From contig CAVYTU010000014.1 of NCBI GenBank assembly GCA_963771465.1, positions 32,001-96,000 of the forward strand: a stretch of DNA of 64,000 nt, read 5' to 3'. The notes beneath the pieces were generated by a model. That model did not search any database, had not been told where the DNA came from, and saw only the letters and a program-made list of their open reading frames with translations. A program made the position numbers and the translations under genes. Shown one piece after another: positions 19,595 to 30,039 of the stretch; within the stretch, counting starts at the first letter, position 1; every line of letters starts with the position of its first letter. Source of the stretch: an uncultured delta proteobacterium. Its GTDB lineage: Bacteria; Desulfobacterota; Binatia; UBA9968.

Positions 19595-20668
19595 ATGAAA
19601 TTCTCGAAGGTCCTGTCACTCGCGCCGTGCGGCCTATTAAGTTTCTTGATCGCTTTTTCAGGTTGGGCTGCCGACTACCCGACGCCGAAGGAAGGAAGCT
19701 GGACGGTGCGTGATTTTCAATTTCACACCGGCGAAACGCTGCCCGAGCTGCACTTGAATTACATCACGCTCGGCGATCCGGCTGGAGAGCCGGTATTGCT
19801 TCTGCACGGCACGGGCGGCTCCGGAACGAATTTTCTCAGTAACGATTTCGCCGGCGAATTATTCGGCGCCGGACAGCCTCTTGACGCCAAGCGATACTTC
19901 ATCATCATTCCGGACGCCATCGGGGCGGGTAAATCATCGAAGCCGTCCAATGGTTTGCGAATGAACTTTCCCCGTTACAGCTCTGACGATCTGGTACGAG
20001 CCAACTATCGTCTTGTAACCGAACACCTCGGCGTGCGTCGCTTGCGCCTGCTTATGGGGAGCTCGGGAGGATGCATGCAAGCCTGGATTTGGGGCATTAC
20101 GTATCCGGACTTCATGGAAACGCTCGTGCCACTGGCCTGCATGCCCGTCGAATTGAGCGGTCGCAATTGGATGACACGGCGCATGATGATCGAATCGATC
20201 CGCAGCGATCCGGAGTGGAACAGCGGCAATTATACCAAGCAGCCGCGCAGTCTACAGTTGGCGCAAACTTTTTTTAGTATCACCACCAGCGGCGGCACTC
20301 GAGCGTTGCAGAAGGCGGCGCCGACGAGGGAAAAAGCCGATCAACTCGTGAATCAGCGACTCGCGCAGCCGGCACGAGCCGACGCCAACGATCTGATCTA
20401 TCAATACGAGTCGGCGCGCGACTACAACCCGACGCCCAAACTGGAGAGCATCAAAGCACGCGTGCTCGCGATCAATGCAGAAGACGATGAGCGCAATCCG
20501 ATAGAGTTGGGAATCATGGAGCGAGAAATCAAACGCGTCGCACAAGGCCGCTATGTGCTAATCACCGCCAGTGATCAAACCGCCGGCCACGGCACCACCG
20601 GCAGAGCGAAGTGGTGGAAGCAGCATCTGGCGGAGTTTCTACGATCGACGACACACGCGGCCAAGTAG
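19595..20668 (+). CDS. Secreted homoserine O-acetyltransferase-like alpha/beta hydrolase
   Basis: Signal peptide; LLHGTGG, IPDAIGAGKSS, GSSGG elbow, DDERNP, GHGT. Confidence 0.85.
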   Translation: MKFSKVLSLAPCGLLSFLIAFSGWAADYPTPKEGSWTVRDFQFHTGETLPELHLNYITLGDPAGEPVLLLHGTGGSGTNFLSNDFAGELFGAGQPLDAKRYFIIIPDAIGAGKSSKPSNGLRMNFPRYSSDDLVRANYRLVTEHLGVRRLRLLMGSSGGCMQAWIWGITYPDFMETLVPLACMPVELSGRNWMTRRMMIESIRSDPEWNSGNYTKQPRSLQLAQTFFSITTSGGTRALQKAAPTREKADQLVNQRLAQPARADANDLIYQYESARDYNPTPKLESIKARVLAINAEDDERNPIELGIMEREIKRVAQGRYVLITASDQTAGHGTTGRAKWWKQHLAEFLRSTTHAAK

Positions 20669-20710
20669 AATGCCGCGGGAGAGATCACATAAAGATCGAG
20701 GCGCAACGCC

Positions 20711-21094
20711 ATGAAATGGTCGTTGAGATCAAAATCGGCTAAGGGAATAGTTGATCATTTGACACCAGAGGAAAACGAAAAGCCAATGGCCTCTGCGAGA
20801 ATTTACGGTGCGTGGGGTGCTATCACTGGTGGGATTCCCATCGGATTACTGACGGGTCTTTTTAACGATCTTGTATTAATGATGGGTTTTCCGAATGATC
20901 TCACAATGGTTATTGCTGCGATATTGGTGACGGCACACGTAGTTTGCATACCGCTTTGCTTCAGATGGCAAAAGAAGTTTCTGTGCTCATCCCAGTGGGC
21001 GAGACAACACGGTTTCCGTCCGGAACTCCTGAGAGTATTTGAGTTCAGACGTGCCCGCCTAATTCGCTCGCTGCACTCTACGGACGCAAGATAA
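20711..21094 (+). CDS. Hypothetical membrane protein (2 TM)
   Basis: Two hydrophobic segments; lower GC than neighbours. Confidence 0.5.
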   Translation: MKWSLRSKSAKGIVDHLTPEENEKPMASARIYGAWGAITGGIPIGLLTGLFNDLVLMMGFPNDLTMVIAAILVTAHVVCIPLCFRWQKKFLCSSQWARQHGFRPELLRVFEFRRARLIRSLHSTDAR

Positions 21095-21147
21095 ATCCAC
21101 TCGATGCCGCAGCCGACTCGCGAGTTTCAAAGCCATTCTCCCCAGCC

Positions 21148-22464
21148 ATGACCATGCATCCCAAGCCGACTGGCGCGATGACCCAGCCGCGTTTTTTCTA
21201 CGGCTGGTACATCGTCGGTGTCGGGATTCTCGTTAACATCGCCGGTACCTTCGCCTTTTCCAGCACGCTGAGTATTTTTTTGAAACCGATCACCGAAGAG
21301 CTGGGCGTTTCGCGCGGGGCATTTTCGCTGATTCGGACTTTTGAGATCGGTGTTGCCGCGCTTATCGTGCCGCTATTAGGTTCTTGGATCGATCGCCATG
21401 GTGGGCGCGGCGTGCTCGTTCTCGGCGTTTTGATGGAAGGCGCGGGCCTCTTGCTTTCAAGTCTGGTGCAAAGTTTTTGGCAGTTCGCTTTGGTCCGCTG
21501 CTCGCTTGTGATCGCCGGCGAGGCGCTGCTCGGCTCACTGGTCATCAACGTCACCATCGCCCAATGGTTCGTGCGCAAGCGCGGCCGTGCCATGGGAATT
21601 GCCAACCTGGGAACTGGCATTGCGAAGTTGAGCATCCCGATCGCAGCAGCGTGGCTGTTCGTTCTTGTCGGCTGGCGCAACACCTGGGCGATATTTGGCA
21701 TCGTCGCGCCGCTGTTGGTGGTGGCTCCGGCGTTGATCTTCGTACGCCGGCAGCCGGAAGACTTAGGTCTTCGCCCGGATGGCGACTCGCCGCATCAAAC
21801 AGGTGACGAGCCGCCGGCAACTTCAAGCAACGCGGACCTGCGCCAAACGAGCGATGCAAGTATATGGACTCGATCCGATGTGATCCGACTGCCGACCTTC
21901 TGGGTTCTGGTCATCACATTCGGCATCGCCAGTGTCGGCATCGCCGGTTTGAATCTCCATATATTTTCTTACGTCACCGACATCGGACATTCGCCGCTGG
22001 TTGCCGCGTCGTTCATGAGCACCATCGCTCTCACCCAACTCGGCTCGACGCTGCTGTGGGGCATGCTCGCCGACAAGTTCGATATCAGAAAAGTTTCTTG
22101 TTTTCAGTTTCTGATTCAAGGCGTGGGGCTGATCACGGCGATCTCAAGCAGTGACCTTCAGCTGACCTATGTCGGCTTTTTCCTCTACGGCACGGGACTG
22201 GCGGGAAGTTTTGTTTTGCGCGAAGTAATCTGGGCTAATTTCTTTGGGCGAAATTCCCTCGGCACCGTGCGCGGCCTGTCGATGTTTTTCTCTCACCTGT
22301 TCGCCGCCAGCGGCGCGCCGTTCTTCGGTTTTCTGCATGACCGCACCGGCAGCTACGATCTCTCTTTCACGCTGTTTTCCTGCGCGCTTTTCACTTCGGC
22401 GTTTTTAGTGCTGCTGGCAAAGCCGCCACGGTTGACCAATAACTCGGAACCCGCGCGCTTGTAA
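21148..22464 (+). CDS. MFS transporter (OFA/MCT-like)
   Basis: FYGWYIV, GSWIDRHGGR motif A, WFVRKRGRAMGI. Confidence 0.9.
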   Translation: MTMHPKPTGAMTQPRFFYGWYIVGVGILVNIAGTFAFSSTLSIFLKPITEELGVSRGAFSLIRTFEIGVAALIVPLLGSWIDRHGGRGVLVLGVLMEGAGLLLSSLVQSFWQFALVRCSLVIAGEALLGSLVINVTIAQWFVRKRGRAMGIANLGTGIAKLSIPIAAAWLFVLVGWRNTWAIFGIVAPLLVVAPALIFVRRQPEDLGLRPDGDSPHQTGDEPPATSSNADLRQTSDASIWTRSDVIRLPTFWVLVITFGIASVGIAGLNLHIFSYVTDIGHSPLVAASFMSTIALTQLGSTLLWGMLADKFDIRKVSCFQFLIQGVGLITAISSSDLQLTYVGFFLYGTGLAGSFVLREVIWANFFGRNSLGTVRGLSMFFSHLFAASGAPFFGFLHDRTGSYDLSFTLFSCALFTSAFLVLLAKPPRLTNNSEPARL

Positions 22465-22477
22465 GGATTGAAATCAT

Positions 22478-23431
22478 TTGCTTATGCTCGGAAACATGAT
22501 CCAAAGAATATTTGTTTTTGTCGTGGTGTCGGCGATACTTTCTGGAATTCCGCTTTCAGCGCAATCCAACAAGATCCACATCTCCGCGCCGTCAAAATCG
22601 CTGTCGTGGTTCCCGATTCATCTCACCCGGGAAAAGGGTTTTTATCGCGCCGAGGGTCTGGATGTCGACTATGTCATCATGAAACCGCAAATCGCCATGC
22701 AGGCGTTGATCGCCGGCGATGTCGGCTACACCACTGCGCTCGGTTCGACGATCCGCGCGGCGCTGCGCAATGTGCCGCTCCGCGTCGTCATGACCATCGC
22801 CGATAAGCCGCTGTTCGCTCTCATGGCTCGGCCGTCGATCGATTCAGTGGAAGAATTGCGCGGGAAACTGATCGGTATTTCATCCTTCGGCGCCAGCACC
22901 GACACCTACGCCCGCGCGCTGCTGCGCCGCTTTAAGTTAATCCCGAATCAAGACGTCAAGATTATCGCCCTCGGCGGCGGCATGAATCGGATCGCCGCCA
23001 TGGAAGCCGGCGCCATCGATGCGGCGCTCATCGAGGCGCCGTACAACGTCATGCTCGAGCGCAAAGGTTTCCGCAAGATTCTTTTTGTCGGCGACTTGAT
23101 TCCGTCGCCGTTGGCCGGCTTCGGCACGCGATTGGAAAAGATCCAGAAGCAACCTGATGAAGTGCAGCGGCTGGTGCGCGCCACGCTGCGCGGCATTCAG
23201 TTCGCCAAGGCAAACAAGCAGGAAAGCGTCCGCTCGATCATGAAATGGACCGACATGGATCAAGGATTGGCCGAGGGAAGCTACGAGATGGCGGCCGCGA
23301 GCTGGTCGAACAGCGGCGCGGCCAGTCCGCAGGGAATACAAATCGCTATGGAAGAAATTCGCGCCGAACTAAAACTCGAGGCTCCACCCGACCCGTCGAG
23401 GGCGTTCGAGTGGAGCTTCGTGCAGAGATGA
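22478..23431 (+). CDS. ABC substrate-binding protein, NMT1/SsuA-like
   Basis: GFYRAEGLDV, ELRGKLIGISSFGASTD. Confidence 0.85.
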   Translation: MLMLGNMIQRIFVFVVVSAILSGIPLSAQSNKIHISAPSKSLSWFPIHLTREKGFYRAEGLDVDYVIMKPQIAMQALIAGDVGYTTALGSTIRAALRNVPLRVVMTIADKPLFALMARPSIDSVEELRGKLIGISSFGASTDTYARALLRRFKLIPNQDVKIIALGGGMNRIAAMEAGAIDAALIEAPYNVMLERKGFRKILFVGDLIPSPLAGFGTRLEKIQKQPDEVQRLVRATLRGIQFAKANKQESVRSIMKWTDMDQGLAEGSYEMAAASWSNSGAASPQGIQIAMEEIRAELKLEAPPDPSRAFEWSFVQR

Positions 23432-23461
23432 AACTGAAAGATGCTTAGGAGTTAGCGGCAA

Positions 23462-23740
23462 TCAAGAATTGCGCTGCTTCATCTTCTCGAGTAATTCCTT
23501 AACCGACGTGCGGGTGATTTCCCGTTGAAACTGAGCGCGGAAGTTGCTCACCAAACTGACATGCTCGATCACCATGTCGTAGACTTTCCACTGACCATTG
23601 ACGTCATGCAGACGATAATCGATGGCGGTTTCTGAGCCGCTACCCACGACCTTGGTTTCGACGCTGGCAAAGCCTCCGTCGAGAGCTTCGCGCTTGAACT
23701 GAATTTTTTTCGTCGCCATTGGTTCGAACGGTTCGACCAT
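23462..23740 (-). pseudogene. C-terminal fragment of an MlaC/Ttg2D phospholipid-shuttle protein
   Basis: IDYRLH...WKVYDMVIEHVSLVSNFRAQF matches the MlaC C-terminal half; no signal peptide or N-terminal half. Confidence 0.65.
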
Positions 23741-23817
23741 AGGTCACCAGTGCGCAGGCCGCTTGTCGGGAGCCACAACTTTGCTTAATATGCCCGGCAG
23801 ATTGGAGGTTATGCGAA

Positions 23818-24258
23818 GTGTATTATTTCGCCTATGGCTCGAACATGAATTGGCAGCAAATGCAGCGCCGCTGCCCATCGGCGCAGTTTGTCTGCGTCGC
23901 TCGCTTGTCCAACTATCAGTTTGGCATCACGCGCCATTCACGGCTGCGCAATTGTGGCACCGCAAATGTCTATCCCAACGCAGACGCGGCAGTTTGGGGT
24001 ATCGTATACGAGGTGAGCGAAGCTGACCTAATTGTGATGGATGGTTTCGAAGACGGTTATCGCCGCGAATTTTTGTCAGTCAGCCCGTTGAGCGACGGCG
24101 CGCCATCGATTACCGTATTAGTTTACGTCGCTGAGATCGAACTGAACGTCCCCTTGCCCAATACCGAGTACAAACGGATCATGCTCGAAGGCGCCGAACA
24201 TTGGGCGCTACCGCCAGCGTATTTGTCGATGCTCGAGGCAATTTCAACCGCAAAATGA
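23818..24258 (+). CDS. Gamma-glutamylcyclotransferase family protein
   Basis: YFAYGSNM, VWGIVYEV, MDGFE. Confidence 0.9.
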   Translation: MYYFAYGSNMNWQQMQRRCPSAQFVCVARLSNYQFGITRHSRLRNCGTANVYPNADAAVWGIVYEVSEADLIVMDGFEDGYRREFLSVSPLSDGAPSITVLVYVAEIELNVPLPNTEYKRIMLEGAEHWALPPAYLSMLEAISTAK

Positions 24259-24371
24259 TTGGCGTTTGACGCGTGTTTGGCGAAACGCGTCAGACGATTT
24301 CAAATCGCACAAACATCGATAGACATGGTTTCGGTCGTGCGCTAAGATCGCGCAGTCGGTCACTGCGTAAC

Positions 24372-27300
24372 ATGGCGCTAGAGACAAACCCGATTGCGAA
24401 TCAAGCGATGGCGATCGCGCGCCATCCGCGCACGCGCAAGATCGCCATCTGGTCCGCCTCCATTATCGCCGGCATCGGTGTCCTACTCGGCCTCATCGCT
24501 CCGCCGCTGCTGCGCGGCAAGATCGCCGCCGAGCTGTCCAACAAACTCCATCGCCAAGTCACTATCGAACAGATCAAGATCAATCCTTACGTGATGACCG
24601 TAGCCGTGCGCGGTTTCGCCATGAAGGAGCGCCAGAGCCAAACCACTGCGGTTTCCTTCGACGAGCTTCTGGTCGATCTCGATATCCGCTCGCTATTTCG
24701 TTTTGCCCCGGTGATCGAAGAATTGCGCCTGGCGAAGCCTTACGTGAATCTCGTGCGCAACGCGGAACTGAAATATAATTTTCAGGATCTAATCGACGAA
24801 TTCACTTCTGGACCGTCCGGGCCCACGCCGCGCTTCGCTTTGAACAATATTCAAATCATCGGCGGCAAGATCGATTTCGATGACCAGCCGGAGCAGACTA
24901 AACATGCAATCACCGATCTCAAGATCGGTATTCCGTTCATTTCGAGCATACCCGCGTACTTCGATATCAAGGTCCAACCGGAATTTTCCGCGGTAATTAA
25001 CGGCGCGCCGTTTCACCTCGCCGGCGCCAGCACAACGCCGTTTAAGGACACGCTTGAAAGCACGTTGGGATTCGATATCGACAAACTCGAGATCGCCAAA
25101 TATCTGGAATATTCGCCGGTGGCGCTAAACTTCAAAATGCCGGCGGGACAACTCAACGGTAAAGTTACCGCCGCGTTCAAATCGGGGAAAAACAATCCGG
25201 GGGTGTTGTCGCTATCGGGCAACATGGCGGTCAATGCGCTGGAGATGCAACAGGCCGACAGCACACCTCTGCTCAAACTGCCCAACTTCGACATCGTGCT
25301 CGACTCCTTTGAAGTTTTCGCCAGCAAAGCCAACGTGAAATCGGTCAAATCTCAAGGACTCGAACTGCACGTCAGCCGTAGCCGCAACGGCGAGATTAAC
25401 CTGGGGAACTTAGTCGTTAAAACTGTCAGCGCCCAGCCGGTCGAAGTCAAAAAGGACAATGGCAAACCCTTCGCTTACCAGATCGAGGATATCAACATCG
25501 AAGGCGTGACAATTCATTTTACGGACCAGCAGCCGCAACGACCCTACAAGACGCGGTTAGACAACGTCACGCTCAAAGTCAGCGGGCTAAACAACGAAGC
25601 CGGCAAGAAAGCCAACGTCGAGGTGTCCTTCGAATCCGACGCCAAAGAAAAGTTTTCGCACAGCGGCACGTTGCAACTGACGCCGCTGCTGGCGGAAGGC
25701 AAATTAGATATCCGGGCACTGCAACTCAAGGGGCTTCGACCTTACTACGAAAATGTGATCGGCGTGGAATTTAAGGACGGCCTTCTCGACCTCACGACTC
25801 ACGTTGCCTTCGCGCAGAAAGGAGACGAGCCGGAGATAACACTTTCCGAGCTGAACGCGGAATTGCGATCATTGCGCATGGACGTGCCGGGAGAATCCGA
25901 ACCGCTTTGGCGCGTGCCGCTCCTGACCGTGAAAGACACCACGGTTGACGTCGGCAAGCGTTCGGTCGTCATTGGTTCCGTGGAAACCCGGGATGGTAAC
26001 GGCTATGTCCAACGGGAAAAGGACGGCACGATCAGCTATGCCCGCTTGATCAAGACCCGCGCCCCTGAAAGCGCACCCAAGCAACCGGCGAAAACAGAAC
26101 AGGCTGCTTGGACCGTGAACACCAAGCGCGTGGTTTTCAACCGCTTTAGAATTGTGTACGACGATCGTTCCCTGGCGACACCGGCGCGAATTGTCGTATC
26201 TAATACAACACTCCGCGGCGAGAATTTTTCCAATGTGGAAAAGTCGCGCGGCAAAGTGACGTTCCAAGCCGCCATCAACGACAAAGGGACCTTGAAATTT
26301 GCCGGGACTGTGGGAACTCGGCCCGTTGCGGGTCAGATGGCGGTCGATGCTCAGGGAATTGACGTCCTGCCATTTCAGCCCTATCTGGCGGACCGAGTTA
26401 ACTTCTTGCTCACCAGCGGTAATATTGGCACCAAGGGGAACCTAGTTTTCGATGGCAGTGGCGACAGTCCCGCAAAAGTCAACTACGACGGCAGCGTCGA
26501 CATCGCCGACTTCGCGACCATTGAAAAGAGCAACTCCAACGACCTGCTCAAGTGGAAATTGCTCAACTTGAACGCCCTTCAGTTCAACCTCGAACCTTTC
26601 AAATTGAGCATCGGCGAAATCAACCTCGGCGATTTCTACTCCCGCTTGATCCTCGGCGCCGACGGCAAAATGAATTTGCAAAAGCTCACGCCCCAAAGCG
26701 AGGAAACGAAAACCGAGCCGCCGCCGGAAAAAACCGCGGCGCAGGCGCCGGAGGCAAAAGCGCCGGCCAAGTCAGAGCCGGCGGCTCCTTCCGCAGCTAC
26801 CTCGGACAAAGCGATCACCATCGGCAAGATCAACCTCACCGGCGGCATCGTCAACTTCAGCGATCTGTTCATCAAACCCAACTACAACGCCAATCTCACC
26901 GGCGTCCAGGGAACCATTTCCGAGCTCAAGCCGGAAACACCCGGCGATCTCGACATCCAAGCGCGCCTCGACAATGCGGCGCCGGTGGCGATCAAAGGCA
27001 AACTCAACCCGCTGTCGAAAGAATTGTTTCTCGACATAGTGGCCGATGCCAAGGAGATCGAGCTGAGTCCCATGACGCCCTACTCGGGGCGCTACGTCGG
27101 TTATGGCATCGAAAAAGGCAAGCTTTCGTTCACCGTCAAATACAAGCTAGAGAATCGCAAGCTGAGCGCCGAAAACAAAATCATTTTGAACCAGCTCACT
27201 TTCGGCGAAAAAATCGAAAGTCCAGACGCGACCAAACTCCCGGTGCTCTTTGCTGTGTCGCTGCTCAAAGACCGCGACGGCGTCATCGACATCGACCTGC

Positions 27301-28010
27301 CGATCAGCGGCTCGCTGGACGATCCGCAGTTCAGCGTCGGTGGGATCATCTGGCGTATCATCATAAATATTCTCACCAAGGCGGTCACCGCGCCGTTTTC
27401 CTTACTCGGCGCGGTCTTCAGCGGCGGTGGCAGCGGTGAAGAGCTGAGCTATGTTGAATTCGACAATGGCCGGGCCACTTTGAATGACGCCGCCAAGAAC
27501 AAAATTGCCACCCTCGCCAAAGCGCTCAACAACCGCCCATCAATCAACTTGGAATTGAGCGGCCGCGTCGATGCGGCGACCGATCTCGAAGGCTTGAAGC
27601 GCGTCGGCATCGAGCGCAAAGCCAAGGCACAGAAGCTTCGCGAGCTGGTGCGCCAGGGTGAAGCGCAGCGCTCGGTGGACGATATTCAATTCGGGAAAGA
27701 CGAGTATCCGAAGTATTTGAAGGCCGCCTACGGCGACGAGAGCTTTCCCAAGCCGCGCAATCTGATTGGGCTCGCGGTGGATTTACCGGTGGCCGAGATG
27801 GAAAAGCTGATGATGCAGCACGCCAAAGCGAGCGACGACGATATGCGCCAGCTGGCGGCGCAGCGCGCGCAAGCGGTGCGCGATGCGCTGCTCGCTTCTG
27901 GTCAAGTCAGCGCCGACCGTCTGTTTATCGTCGCGGCGAAGTCGTTGACCAATGAAGAGCGAGCGCAACTCAAAGGCAAACCCAACCGCGTCGATTTTTC
28001 CATGAAATAA
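24372..28010 (+). CDS. DUF748-repeat (AsmA-like) envelope protein with OmpA-like C-terminal region
   Basis: N-terminal TM anchor; repeated beta-rich segments; LLKDRDGVIDIDLPISGSLDDPQFSVG; LAAQRAQAVRDAL. Confidence 0.8.
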   Translation: MALETNPIANQAMAIARHPRTRKIAIWSASIIAGIGVLLGLIAPPLLRGKIAAELSNKLHRQVTIEQIKINPYVMTVAVRGFAMKERQSQTTAVSFDELLVDLDIRSLFRFAPVIEELRLAKPYVNLVRNAELKYNFQDLIDEFTSGPSGPTPRFALNNIQIIGGKIDFDDQPEQTKHAITDLKIGIPFISSIPAYFDIKVQPEFSAVINGAPFHLAGASTTPFKDTLESTLGFDIDKLEIAKYLEYSPVALNFKMPAGQLNGKVTAAFKSGKNNPGVLSLSGNMAVNALEMQQADSTPLLKLPNFDIVLDSFEVFASKANVKSVKSQGLELHVSRSRNGEINLGNLVVKTVSAQPVEVKKDNGKPFAYQIEDINIEGVTIHFTDQQPQRPYKTRLDNVTLKVSGLNNEAGKKANVEVSFESDAKEKFSHSGTLQLTPLLAEGKLDIRALQLKGLRPYYENVIGVEFKDGLLDLTTHVAFAQKGDEPEITLSELNAELRSLRMDVPGESEPLWRVPLLTVKDTTVDVGKRSVVIGSVETRDGNGYVQREKDGTISYARLIKTRAPESAPKQPAKTEQAAWTVNTKRVVFNRFRIVYDDRSLATPARIVVSNTTLRGENFSNVEKSRGKVTFQAAINDKGTLKFAGTVGTRPVAGQMAVDAQGIDVLPFQPYLADRVNFLLTSGNIGTKGNLVFDGSGDSPAKVNYDGSVDIADFATIEKSNSNDLLKWKLLNLNALQFNLEPFKLSIGEINLGDFYSRLILGADGKMNLQKLTPQSEETKTEPPPEKTAAQAPEAKAPAKSEPAAPSAATSDKAITIGKINLTGGIVNFSDLFIKPNYNANLTGVQGTISELKPETPGDLDIQARLDNAAPVAIKGKLNPLSKELFLDIVADAKEIELSPMTPYSGRYVGYGIEKGKLSFTVKYKLENRKLSAENKIILNQLTFGEKIESPDATKLPVLFAVSLLKDRDGVIDIDLPISGSLDDPQFSVGGIIWRIIINILTKAVTAPFSLLGAVFSGGGSGEELSYVEFDNGRATLNDAAKNKIATLAKALNNRPSINLELSGRVDAATDLEGLKRVGIERKAKAQKLRELVRQGEAQRSVDDIQFGKDEYPKYLKAAYGDESFPKPRNLIGLAVDLPVAEMEKLMMQHAKASDDDMRQLAAQRAQAVRDALLASGQVSADRLFIVAAKSLTNEERAQLKGKPNRVDFSMK

Positions 28011-28100
28011 CCGGCGCGCGCCACGGGCGTCAACTAGAAACTGGGTGATTGTGAACCCGCCTCTTCTGGTATAGACTTTTTTTGGTTCAGGAGGCTCTAC

Positions 28101-28346
28101 ATGACCCAGGCAAGAAAGACCGCCAATCCCAAAGTAACCATCATCGCCAGCAAGGGCGCCAATCAAGCGATCAATTATCTACTGGAAGACCGCGACGAAC
28201 TGGAATGGCTGGTGGCCATTGGCCGTAATAAGAATGGCGATATTTTCTTCTACGACACCGGCGGCGATATCATCCAAGATCTGGGCGCTATCGAATACGT
28301 CAAAGAGCGAATCGTGCGCGACTATTTCGGCGAGACGGATGAGTAG
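28101..28346 (+). CDS. Small acidic hypothetical protein (81 aa)
   Basis: AGGAGG RBS; codon usage like host genes. Confidence 0.65.
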   Translation: MTQARKTANPKVTIIASKGANQAINYLLEDRDELEWLVAIGRNKNGDIFFYDTGGDIIQDLGAIEYVKERIVRDYFGETDE

Positions 28347-28415
28347 GGCGACCCTCGGTGCAAAGGTTGAATCAGAGAACGCTGCGTTCCGACCTTGAAC
28401 CTTTGAACCAAGTTT

Positions 28416-29846
28416 TTAATCCATCGGAATCTTCGGCTTAATTCTTAGCGGCGGCGCGCCCGCCGGCAGAAAATCTTCCAAGTTAACCGTTTCCCAACCC
28501 ACCGGCCGCAGCCGTTCGAATTCATTGCGCCGCGCGCCATCGCACTCCGGAGGTTTGGTGGCGTCGATGATCATCTTGCCGCCGATCCGGTGCCATCCCG
28601 GCGCGCCCGGATGGCCAAACTCTGGACAGGACGGATCCATGGCGTGAATCTTCGCGCCGGGGATCGTGACAATATCTTCGGCCGGATTGACCCGCGTATT
28701 GATCGACCAGAGCACTTCCGCGTAGTTAAAAATATCCACGTCGATATCGACAGCGATGGCGATCTTGGGATGCTGGTATTCGCTCGACAGAACCGACATC
28801 AAAACGTTTTTCGCTTCGCCGTAGTAGCGCGGCTTCATCTGCACCACGACGCCGAAGATGCCCGGCATGACTAACACGTTGCGGACATCGGCCAGGCCGC
28901 CGACGTTACGCGCGCGGCGCAGGATCTGCGCCGACATGGGAACTTTATGGTAGACGCAGCCCTCGACTTCAGTGCCGTTCTGGACGTTTTTGAAGATCGC
29001 GTCATTGCGCATGGTGATGGCTTTGATGTTGACGATGGGATTTTGCCCCGAGCCGGTGAGATAATAATCTTGAAACTCGCTGAACGGTCCTTCGGGCTCG
29101 CGGATTTTTGGCGGGATTTCACCTTCGAGAACAATCTCGGCCCAGGCCGGCACTTCCAGATCGACGGTGCGGCATTTGACCAACTCGACGTCTTCTTGCA
29201 GTAGCGCGGCGGCGATCTCGAATTCATCGACGCCATATTGCGTCGTCGTCGCCGCGGCGAAGTAATACATCGGGTGGTGGCCGATCATGATCGCCACCGG
29301 CATCGGCTTATCTTCGGCTTCATACATCTGATAGTTCGTCCAGGCATGGCGCGGATAGAGCAGGATGCCGGTCTTCTTCGGCCCCTTCATTTGCAATCGA
29401 TGAAAGCTCAAGTTGCGCTCTCCGGTCTGAGGATTTTTCGTGATCATCAAACCGGAACCGATAAACGGCCCGCCGTCACGAATGCCGGCCTGATGAATCG
29501 GCATTTTAGTGATATCGACATCGTCGCCGAGCAAAACTTTTTGCTGCACCGGTCCGGTCTCAACCAAGCGTGTTTTGCCGAGCTTTTCCGTCCGCCGGAC
29601 AAATTCGGGAATCATTTCGTCGCGCGGCTTATCGAAGGCCAGCGGCGCCAGCGACACATCGCCGGGCGCTTGTCCGAGACAACGCCAACCAGGATAGTCA
29701 GGCAAGTTTTCAAATAGGAGCCCGCGGTCGCGCGCCTGCCACAGCAGCGCGCCCATCTGCGTGCGCGGATCGACGGGTTTGCTAATGCGCGCCAACAATC
29801 CGGCGTTCTCCAGTTGTTCGATCCACGTGCGCATATCTTTGGCCAT
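28416..29846 (-). CDS. UbiD-family prFMN-dependent (de)carboxylase
   Basis: RNLSFHRLQ, AEIVLEG, EPEGPFSEF, VDIDVDIF. Confidence 0.9.
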   Translation of the reverse strand: MAKDMRTWIEQLENAGLLARISKPVDPRTQMGALLWQARDRGLLFENLPDYPGWRCLGQAPGDVSLAPLAFDKPRDEMIPEFVRRTEKLGKTRLVETGPVQQKVLLGDDVDITKMPIHQAGIRDGGPFIGSGLMITKNPQTGERNLSFHRLQMKGPKKTGILLYPRHAWTNYQMYEAEDKPMPVAIMIGHHPMYYFAAATTTQYGVDEFEIAAALLQEDVELVKCRTVDLEVPAWAEIVLEGEIPPKIREPEGPFSEFQDYYLTGSGQNPIVNIKAITMRNDAIFKNVQNGTEVEGCVYHKVPMSAQILRRARNVGGLADVRNVLVMPGIFGVVVQMKPRYYGEAKNVLMSVLSSEYQHPKIAIAVDIDVDIFNYAEVLWSINTRVNPAEDIVTIPGAKIHAMDPSCPEFGHPGAPGWHRIGGKMIIDATKPPECDGARRNEFERLRPVGWETVNLEDFLPAGAPPLRIKPKIPMD

Positions 29847-29924
29847 GAGAAACTCCTCGCGATTCGATTTTGCGTCATGCATATCACGGCGCCGCAACGC
29901 TCTCCACAGTCAGAATTGAAGTAC

Positions 29925-29984
29925 GGGAGTGATGGAGTATTGGGTTTGTCCGAACAGCCATCACTCTAGTACTCCACCACTCCA
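29925..29984. repeat. Octamer-based (GGAGTRNT) palindromic intergenic repeat, copy 1
   Basis: ggagtgatggagtattggg...ccgaa...ccatcactctagtactccaccactcca. Confidence 0.7.
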
Positions 29985-30039
29985 TCGCATCATTTCTCCC
30001 GGTTTGCCTTTCCTCGGCGATTCACTTACTTTCCGCCCC

